Shown one piece after another: positions 53,400 through 64,000 of a DNA stretch of 64,000 bases. Source of the stretch: Chrysomallon squamiferum (lineage: Eukaryota; Animalia; Mollusca); the NCBI GenBank assembly GCA_012295275.1, contig CM022667.1, positions 13,392,001-13,456,000 on the forward strand, in the 5' to 3' direction. The first letter of the stretch is position 1, and each line of letters starts with the position of its first letter. The notes beneath the pieces were generated by a model. That model saw only the letters and a list, made by a program, of their open reading frames with translations, was not told where the DNA came from and made no database searches. The position numbers were made by a program, and so were the translations under genes.

Positions 53400-54539
53400 A
53401 AGAGAAATAAGAAAACAGTAGACACACCTATGTTTGAAAGGTAGCTCGACAGAATTCTTTTTTTTTCTTCCGTGTCTAACACGATCAGTCTTGATCCCAG
53501 CTGGCCGCAAGCAACACGTGCCTCATCAAATGTTTTACGATCTTCAGACAACTTGAAGCACATTGTTCCCAAAAACACGAAACCCTCATCAGTCGGACAG
53601 AAATCTATGAAACGAAAAAACTATATAACAGTCACTACAATAATAATTTTATATACATAATTATGCACACATCGTTACCACCTTGATCCCAATAAAATTT
53701 TTAAAAAATCAAAAAAAAAAAAAAAAAAAAGATCAGACGATTACAATATAATGTAAAATACATACTGTTACGATAGAAAAATAAAATTCATTTCACTACC
53801 ACACAAAGATAAAATTTTAGTTGTTGCCATAAAAAGATGAACTTGAACATAATGTTATTCAAAGATCAAATTCAAACAGCTAGTATATAGAGAAAACGAT
53901 TCAAATGAGACTGTTGCCAAGCAAAATAAAAAATTCAGAATGTTACCACTGAAAAGTCAGATTATTATTATTATTATAATACAAAGGTTAAATTTAGCCT
54001 GCTACCTGAAGGAATGTAATAGTGCTTCCAGTTTGCCGTGTCAGACGTACTGACGTAAGTACCAACCCTCACAGAATAATGGCGACATTTTCCGTTGTAG
54101 TAGGCAAACGAAAGGCATTCAGGATTCTTGGTGCAGGCAGAGCCACAGTGCATCATGGTCTTGACGTCAGTGGCTTCGTATATTTCAGCGTTAGGTGCAG
54201 TGAAGTAATCATATTTTTGTTTCTCAATCCAAATCCATCTGGTGCCAATGCAGCTTCATTGACAGTAAAATAGAACTATTTTCATTACTTGTATTAAATA
54301 GTGACATTTAGTAAGATATAATTCAGTTGATGACGTTAATCTATTTATCATTCTATCAGTTCATCCACTCATTTACAATATATGTCTATTTGTCTATCTA
54401 ACTTATGCATACATCCACACTGTTATTTAGTTTCAGTATAAAATAAAAAGAGTACGTATATTTATACATACCTGTCTGCCATTTTAGAACACACGAAAAC
54501 AGCTGACAACAACAGAAACTGGATGAAAGTGTTTTGCAT
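52415..54539 (-). CDS. Secreted PAN/apple-domain + C-type lectin domain protein (~236 aa, 4 exons, apparently intact)
   Basis: Exons 54472-54539 (signal MQNTFIQFLLLSAVFVCS), 54006-54253 (PAN: CGSACTKNPECLSFAYYNGKCRHY), 53428-53604 (CP..F....CFKLS..KTFDEARVAC), 52415-52632 (FYIGLTD..YVWENG..NWNENEPDN..EDC..WADVRC..YICE). 711 nt in frame. Confidence 0.9.
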
Positions 54540-57500
54540 TTTGTATCAATAAATTTTAGTGAAGAAAACGACGAAGTGAACAGGTCGTAATAAATATCAG
54601 TGTTTGAGCTTATCGTAAGTCAAAATCCCTAATCATCGATTTGCAGCTTTAACATGAAAGGTTGCTACGGTGTATTTAATTTTTAATGCACAACTGAAGG
54701 CTTAACATGTTTTACATCTATTTTGTTTTAATCAACAATCGTTAGTTTTTTATATATATATATTGTCACGAGGCCCACACCATTAAACATCTTGGATATT
54801 TTATTAATGCTCAGTCTAGGGTAACAAGGTGCTTTAATGGCCACCTAACAAGGAATGTAAAGGCTAAATTAACAACAATCTATATAATCAATATTTAGCG
54901 GTCCACAAGATAAATAAACACAATTCGAGTTAAATATTTAATTACAATATACAGATGACTTGATAATAATACAAACATAAGTGATATGAGTAAGGTCAGA
55001 CGGGGAACAAGACAAAATAAAAAAATTCACGGAGGACAGATTAAACAATTAAAGTTTTAGTTATATTAAATGTTCCTAAAGAGGTTAATTTCACATTACC
55101 CTATCAAAATAAGAATGGACAATAGCTTACCATACTCGTCCGTAAAGACAATGTCATTCAAAAACATTTGTTTCCCTGCCTGACTGAGCTGCTGAATTAC
55201 TGAAACTGAAACTGAAAAAAATTAACGTGCTAATCAGAGCAAGCTGCTGTGAAGAACGTTCATAATTACCAAATGCCAGCGCTTTTACAACAACGCCATG
55301 GAGTTAAAAAAATGGCGTCAACAATAAAAAGCGCGGATCTGATTGTAGTTACAGTTAGTTACCATTGTCAATGTATATATGATTTACCTCCAGATAATTT
55401 CTATCTAATTAAGTTTAGAGATTTTTCATGCAAGGATTTTCCTGAATTATATAAAGTAAATTATAAGGTAACAGCGAATAATATATTTTTAACCAAATGC
55501 TCGCGAAAAAAAACAAAAGACAAACCCCGGCGTTCTTCGTAGGGATCCACGGTTACCGTCGGTTATTGAGCAAATTTGCATTTGATTTTTTCACATTGTC
55601 TTAGTGGCCGAGTGGGATCATCATACGTCCTCTATTCATTCAAACTGAGTATTGTCAGAAACCAATGTGACTTTGTTGCATTGTCAGAGACCAGTGTGTT
55701 GTTGTATACTGTTCTGTATTACAAGAAACAAATGTGTTACTGTTGTAAATAAAACTAACAAAATCAGTGCACCGAATCAGTTTATAAATAATAACGACTA
55801 CGATTATTGTGGTGATGATTCCAATAACGGTTATCATAACGAGAGTTATGACGAGGTTCATTAAATTAAAATAGTTGTCTCACAGTAAATTATTCATTTC
55901 GTGATCATCATAACCATCATTTCGTCAACCGCATTTCAGGTAATAAAAATTAAGAACAGGAACAGCTGTAAACAAAAATCGCAAGCAATGTTCAACATAA
56001 TACTGGAAGAGTTTGGCTATTGTTATGGATATTTGCAAATTTTGAACAATGTACTTTCGTCAAAACACTAATAATATAAACATTATCAAAAGCAACAACA
56101 TAAAATATCGGAAACGGCAGTATCAAACAAAATTTAACTGCCCGTGTACTCAAATCTGAACCTAAAATTAATGCTTGTAAAACTGACGAAATACAAAGAA
56201 TGGCGTACTTGGTAGGAAGCGATTATTACGGTTACTGAGCAACATTTTTTTATGGTTATCTTGATGGCGGAGTGTATCGTCTTCCGCTCACTATTCATTC
56301 GTAAATACATAGATACAGATATCTATTCATACTGTGTTATTTTATCAGTATATTTTTACGTTAGAAAATATCAACAAAACACATCGGAAATGTCAGATAT
56401 ATTAACTGGCAGTATAATTCCGTTATTGTTAAAACTATGTCAAAAACCTCTGTTCTTAAAGAATTAAAAATAAAATGCATGTGCTTTTCCAAAACTCCGA
56501 CTATAAAGTAAACATGAAAGTATAAAAAATAAAAAAATATATGTTTCACCTCATTTGGGACGCTCAAAATGACTTTTAATATTTTATATATCACTTCTTT
56601 TTTTTTCCAGTATTTGTTGTTCAGAGCAGGTTATAGCAAAAGATTGAGAAGGCATCTCATCTGAATTTAGATAAAAATTATTATTATTATTATTATTGTT
56701 GTTGTTGTTGTTGTTGTTGCTGCTGTTGTTGATGTTGTTGTTGTTTTTATTTTTGTTGTTGTTGTTTTAAATACATACGTTCAAGTATTTGGTTTAGAAA
56801 TCTAATATTGGAACACATTGATTTATTGATTTTGTACACATTTACACCCGTCTCTGAATGGTTAAAAATTAAATTCCGACTGTGAACTTTGAATATTAAT
56901 GAGTTCTTTGTTGTTTATTAAAATATCTGTAGTTATAACAGTACCATGTACTTCAAAAGAAAATTATATTTAGTAGGTATCAACATTAATAACATGTTAG
57001 TGATGCTCATCGTTATAATCACTTCTACTTGTTGCAGTTGCTGTCGATTTTAATGATTTTGTTTTAGATGATGTTCACTGTTATGGTGATGGTCCGTTTT
57101 GTACTCGCATTTATTGAAAATCATTAAAAAACCAAAAAAACTTAAATAAGAAAAAAAAAAATCCTTTGAACTATATAACAGTTCTATCGTCAGTTTTTAT
57201 GTCATTATTTCTTTCCTATTGCAGAACACTAAACAAAAACGACAACAACAAACAGCAACAACAAAAACAAAAACAACAAAAAATCAAGAACAAACAAAAG
57301 AAAAAACAAAACAAGAATGGTAAGATAAAAATTCTATTAGAAATGTTCTCAGGAGTTATCAAGTCGATTTTTCGGATAACAAAATGGAACCTGTCTTCTA
57401 ATGGGTTCTTTCTTCTACAACAATTACAGAAACAACAACGACCACAAGAACAACCACTGCTAGTAATACTGCTAGTAGTACCTATTTAAAGGAAACATCA

Positions 57501-58064
57501 TATTTTCTTATGCAAGAATAAAAGTATATACGAAAGAAAAATATCCCTTTCTGGATGATTAACAATAACGACGAAAACGTGAACAGCCTGCAGATATTCA
57601 ACTCCAGCAGCGTAAATTCGAGTAAATGTCAGAATCTTCAGAGGCAGGAAAACACAACAGCAACAATAACAAGAAAGCACACTAAACTAAATTAAATTGA
57701 CATAAATAAAGCAGAACCGACCAACACGAAAAAGTAAAAAAGTAAAGAAAAAGAAAAACGAAAAGAAAAAGACAGACAGAGAGAAAAGTAAAACAGAAGA
57801 ATAATAATTAAAAATAAAACTCCTCAAAAAGGATCAAAGCGTGAAATAAAATAAAATAATAGAATCACATTTGAAACAACTGACTGCTGTGAAGCCAAAT
57901 ATCTGTCTACATTGATTCATTAATTTTGTATACATTTACACCTTTCTCTGAATGATTAAATGTTGAATTCCATCTATGACCTTTAAGCACGAATGACTTG
58001 TTCTGTTGTTTGTTCGAATATGTATATTTATTACAGGTACCATATAAATTTAATTTTATTTATT

Positions 58065-58148
<84 letters not shown>

Positions 58149-58152
58149 TTAG

Positions 58153-58388
58153 CCACAGACAACTTTTACAAGGGTCTAACAGACGAGAAGGCTGAAAACA
58201 CGTTTGTCTGGGAGAATGGTGAAGCGGTAAAGTTCACGAGCTGGAACGAAAATGAACCAAGTGATGGTGCCAGAACTGAAGACTGCGTCATGTTAGTACC
58301 AACAGATAAAGTGTGGGGCGACGTACCCTGTTCTCGATACGAAAAATACATTTGTGAAAAACGGTCACCACAACAGACAAATATTTAA
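58153..58388 (+). CDS. C-type lectin terminal exon with open frame but no visible upstream exons (orphan exon or gene fragment)
   Basis: Acceptor after (TTA)n; reads FYKGLTDEKAENTFVWENGEAVKFTSWNENEPSDGARTEDCVMLVPTDKVWGDVPCSRYEKYICEK. Confidence 0.6.
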
Positions 58389-60562
58389 GAAATTTCAAAA
58401 AGATATCGATGAAAAAAACAAAAAAACTAAAAAGATGCAAAAACACAACAAACATATAAAGAACAATAGAAAAGAAATAAACAAACACAACACGTAAATG
58501 TGCTCATTCATTTCTTGTCTCAGTTTAACACGTAATGTTGTTATTGATCTCAACGTAAAGAAGTTTTGTTATTTGTGTTTCTATCGTGTAACAGACAGAA
58601 TATTTCAGAGAAATGCATCAACTAGAGTATAGTGATCACAGAGTAAAGCTGTAACAACACCCGGAGTTATAGTTTAGTATATTAAGAAACTGTAAAATCT
58701 ATACCATTATATTACTTACAGTCTGAGATAGCTTCTCCAGATGTAGTAAAACATTCATATATTCATTTACTGCCTGTACCCTGTGTTCCATCTTCTTGAG
58801 ACTGGCAGTTTACACACGTTGCTTATAATGTTCTTATAATTACCTACACAGTTTGAAAGGAACTTTCTCAATTACCCATTTAGTCTAATAGCCTATTGTG
58901 ATGTTCCCACTGGGACTAATAATATTTTACTCCCTGCTGAATTTTTTTTTATAGAAATTGGGAAGACATATATATATATATCTAGGCTGTTAACTGAAGT
59001 CTTTTTGAATGATGGAACAGAGTCCTGTATTAAAACCTGGCTACACGTATTTTTGCGAATTCTCCTCAGACTCAAGCACTAATCAGTTCTGTGATGGTTT
59101 TTGCTTGTAAGTGACTAAACTAACAGCAAGTGTCGCACACAGAAACGTGTATAAAAAGTCGCGCTTTCGTTTCCAGTACTAATCTACAGTTTTAACTAAT
59201 CAAAATCAATTGCCCATGACATTTCTGTATAGCCATTTTTTTCTATAAATTTGTGTCTTTATTAATTCGAAATTATTTTGTTGTTATTTTTCTTATTATT
59301 AATAATAATTATTATCATAATAACATTATTGTTATCATAATCATTGTTATTATTATTGAATATACCACCATTTAGTATTGTTGTTGCTGTTGTTATTATT
59401 AAACTAATTAGGCAATTTTTACTTCTGTGAAATGTTGTAAGATTCTTGTACTGTAAACAAATAACACTTCTTACTTAAGAAAAAACAAAGCAAACAATAT
59501 AAACAAATCTAAGATCTGTCAATATTTATGAATCAGAATAAAAAAAATCTTCTAAAATTCATATCGACATCCATCGAACGAGTCTGTCTGTTGTTTACAT
59601 TTCAGTGTTTAAAATCAAGGCCGATCGATATAAAATTAGATCGAATTATAGGTGAGTGTGTACGGTAGATGATTTTTATTATTATTATTTTTTTTAATTA
59701 CCCTTGAGAATGTGAGTTTCCGTGTTAATTATATTATTAGTAAATGAACAGAGACAGATATTGATTTAAACAACAACTGTTTGTAATGTACTGTACATTG
59801 TTTTGCGTTAATATTGTTAAACTGGTTATTGATATATGTACATTTTTTTATTTTAATTTCAGCTGTACAGAACTCCTGGCATATTTATTGTACGTGTTGA
59901 AGTAGTTATGATATCTGAGTGCAAATAAATTATTTATACTTCTTTAAAATTGTTGTATCTCTAATATTATTGTCATTGTTGTTTTCTTTGTTACTGCTCT
60001 ATTTGTTTTCTCCAATAAAGTTTCTTTTACGATTAATAGTATGGAAATGTTAAGGATAAATCATGTTTTGTTCTTCTTCTTCCTAGGTATTACAATATTG
60101 ATTGGGTCAAGCTCACAAAACATTAAATAAGTTTCATTTATCCCAGAGGAACAGTCCTTGTCGTCTGTGAATATTAAATAATATTTAGCCACTTTGGATG
60201 ATTCATTCTCAAAACGTTATTATTTCAGCATGTCTCACATCAGTTATTTTTCTGAGTCTATTGATTTTTTCCTTCAAATTTTCTGTCTTCTACTAAACCT
60301 TAGCTGCAACGGAATATGTAACACGAGGTCATAAATGTTTCCTTTGCCTAGTTAAATAAAAAAATAAAAGAGATTTCTGTCAGATCGAATGTCATCTCGA
60401 TCAATAATATATCATTTTTATGTCTAAATCCTGAATTTTAGGGGACGTCTACATTCAAAGTAGGAACTTAAATATTTATATACGACTACTACTGCAACTG
60501 CTTTACAGAAATATTACAACTATTCTACCATTTACCACCAATACCACAAGTGGTAATCGTAA

Positions 60563-60605
<43 letters not shown>

Positions 60606-60619
60606 TACCATAGCTGTTA

Positions 60620-60790
60620 CTTGTCTGACGTCTGAAAAGGTGGAAACAAAATTTGTTTTGGAAAATGGAGAAAACGTTCTTTTTTCAAAAAATCAGACAA
60701 TGAATCCGATAACTACCTGTAAGATTACGCGATATTAATTCCAACAAGCAAAATGTGGCGTGAAAAACTATTGAGAAACTGACTTGATAT
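60620..60790 (+). pseudogene. Degraded C-type lectin terminal exon
   Basis: LTSEKVETKFVLENGENVLF followed by frameshifts and stops; nucleotide paralog of 51750-51900, and its downstream flank (60830-60932) matches 51990-52090. Confidence 0.7.
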
Positions 60791-60932
60791 TTGCTGAATA
60801 AAGAAAATTAAATAAATTATTTTATTTATTTATATATTTGTTTGTTTGTTTGTTTTATCTATACATCTGTGCGATTGGAAAATGAAAATGTAATTTTCAT
60901 TATCACCAACAGCTATCGAGTCATTTCTTGAT

Positions 60933-61132
60933 NNNNNNNNNNNNNNNNNNNNNNNNNNNNNNNNNNNNNNNNNNNNNNNNNNNNNNNNNNNNNNNNNNNN
61001 NNNNNNNNNNNNNNNNNNNNNNNNNNNNNNNNNNNNNNNNNNNNNNNNNNNNNNNNNNNNNNNNNNNNNNNNNNNNNNNNNNNNNNNNNNNNNNNNNNNN
61101 NNNNNNNNNNNNNNNNNNNNNNNNNNNNNNNN
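60933..61132. other. Assembly gap (200 N)
   Basis: Run of 200 n; the round number suggests a placeholder gap of unknown size. Confidence 0.99.
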
Positions 61133-61135
61133 GAC

Positions 61136-61328
61136 TAAATAAATACTAGTGCATACTGCTATATTCAATATACGTTTCTGTGTAGTGATTAAATAAATAT
61201 TAGTGTGTAATGTTATATTCATTACACGTTTGTGTGTAGTTATTAAATAAATACTAGTGTGTACTGTTATATTCATTACACGTTTGTGTGTAGTGTTTAA
61301 ATAAATATTAGTGTATATTGTTATATTT
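61136..61328 (+). repeat. 54-bp tandem repeat, ~3.5 copies, abutting the gap
   Basis: Unit TAAATAAATA(C/T)TAGTGTGTACTGTTATATTCATTACACGTTTGTGTGTAGTGAT. Confidence 0.85.
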
Positions 61329-62529
61329 CACGGTTATGTGCTGTCATCTTTACTCTGTTGATATCAACGATCGTGACTAATATTATGGTAATTATGACAT
61401 TGACTAAAACATTTTTGATAGATTGTATTGTTGTGTAGAAAATTTAAAATAATTAACTAAACAATAATTTTTCTTATGTAGTATATAGTACTACTATACA
61501 TATTATTTTAATAAACAACAGAGCAAGTCATTATTATTCAAGGTTCACCAATGGAATTTAATTTTTAATCATTCAGAGACGGGTGTAAATGTATACAAAA
61601 TCAGTAAATCAATGTAAACCGATATCTGTTTCTTTGTTCGTTTGTTTTTGATGAGTTCTAGTTTGAGTTATTGTTCTTCTGTTTTACTATTCTCTTTCAT
61701 TTTCCCCCTGTTTCTTGTTTCTGCTGTATTTATTATAATATAATTTACTTGTTCTTATGATTGCTGTTGTCGTTGTAGTTGTGATTTGTTACTTTAATCA
61801 ATTTGATAAAATACAAATTCTCTGCTAGAGATAAAAATATGCAAGTGTTCATGTTGTCTTCGTTATTATTAATCATCTAGCAAGGGGATATATTATTTTC
61901 GTATATACTTTTATTCGAGTATAGGAAAATATAATGTTCCCATGTAAATATGGATTATTATTTGTGGCTCTATAAGCATTTGTAGTACTAGTTGCTATTA
62001 TTGTCGTCGTTGCTGTTGTAATTGTAATAGAAGTAACAATTCATTAAAAGACATGCTTCACTTTCTTATCAGGGAAATCTATGCGATAACTTTTTATTTT
62101 ATTGCCCTTGTTTTGTGTTGGGCTGTTGTTTTGTTGCCTCTTTCTTTCATTTTGTTCTTTTTTTTTTCCATGGATATTTGTCTCTTCTTTTGTTTCATTA
62201 TGTCTCGATTTAATGCCTTTTGCTAAGGTCATCATAGTTACTTTTTATTGTTCCATATGTAAATATATAAACTATCGTTTGTTAATTGTAATTTTGTTTA
62301 TATCTATTTGTCATGTACATTAGAGCTTAATTAGATTTATTTTAATTCTGAGTAACCTTCCTTGGCTAAATGTTTGATTTAATTATAAAACGATGGAAAC
62401 AAGTGCTGATTATTTCCTACTTACGATCGGGTTACGTTTAAACTGACAATGTTACAAATAATTTACTTACGTTTCTTGCGTGGATTATTTTGAATTGTTT
62501 TTAGTAGAGCAGAAATACTGAACATATTG

Positions 62530-63961
<1,432 letters not shown>

Positions 63962-64000
63962 TTCTATTTCGTTTGATTTTATTTCATAACAACTGATTTC

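Noticed and set aside
54763-55640. Possible solo LTR or transposon remnant starting TGTCACG
   Set aside because: Complex non-repetitive sequence, but no matching end, target duplication, primer-binding site or coding remnant could be identified.

Overview
AT-rich, microsatellite-dense, intron-containing animal genomic DNA; a mollusc or other lophotrochozoan is inferred from gene content, not proven. Most short ORFs in the track are simple-repeat artefacts. Splicing by hand (GT-AG, phase-consistent) gives these genes in order: (1) a 13-coding-exon SCARB2/LIMP-2-like CD36-family gene (- strand); (2) a divergently oriented ~1045-aa C2H2 zinc-finger gene; (3) a single-coding-exon TIFA-like FHA adaptor, whose best TRAF6-type motif lies in frame just beyond its TGA stop; (4) a divergent cathepsin Z with CLEAR-like E-boxes upstream; (5,6) two tandem paralogous type-I membrane proteins with three kringles (one also has a TSP1 domain) and non-catalytic acidic tails carrying a repeated LG[FY]SxSxE[LF] motif, one tail also containing DTEET, identical to the TIFA Thr9 phosphosite context; (7) a birth-and-death cluster of PAN/apple + C-type lectin genes (one intact, several broken) with inverted duplications and a 200-N gap. 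The leading hypothesis, which is inference, is an invertebrate kringle-receptor -> TIFA-like FHA adaptor -> TRAF6 signalling module within an innate-immune/lysosomal gene neighbourhood.
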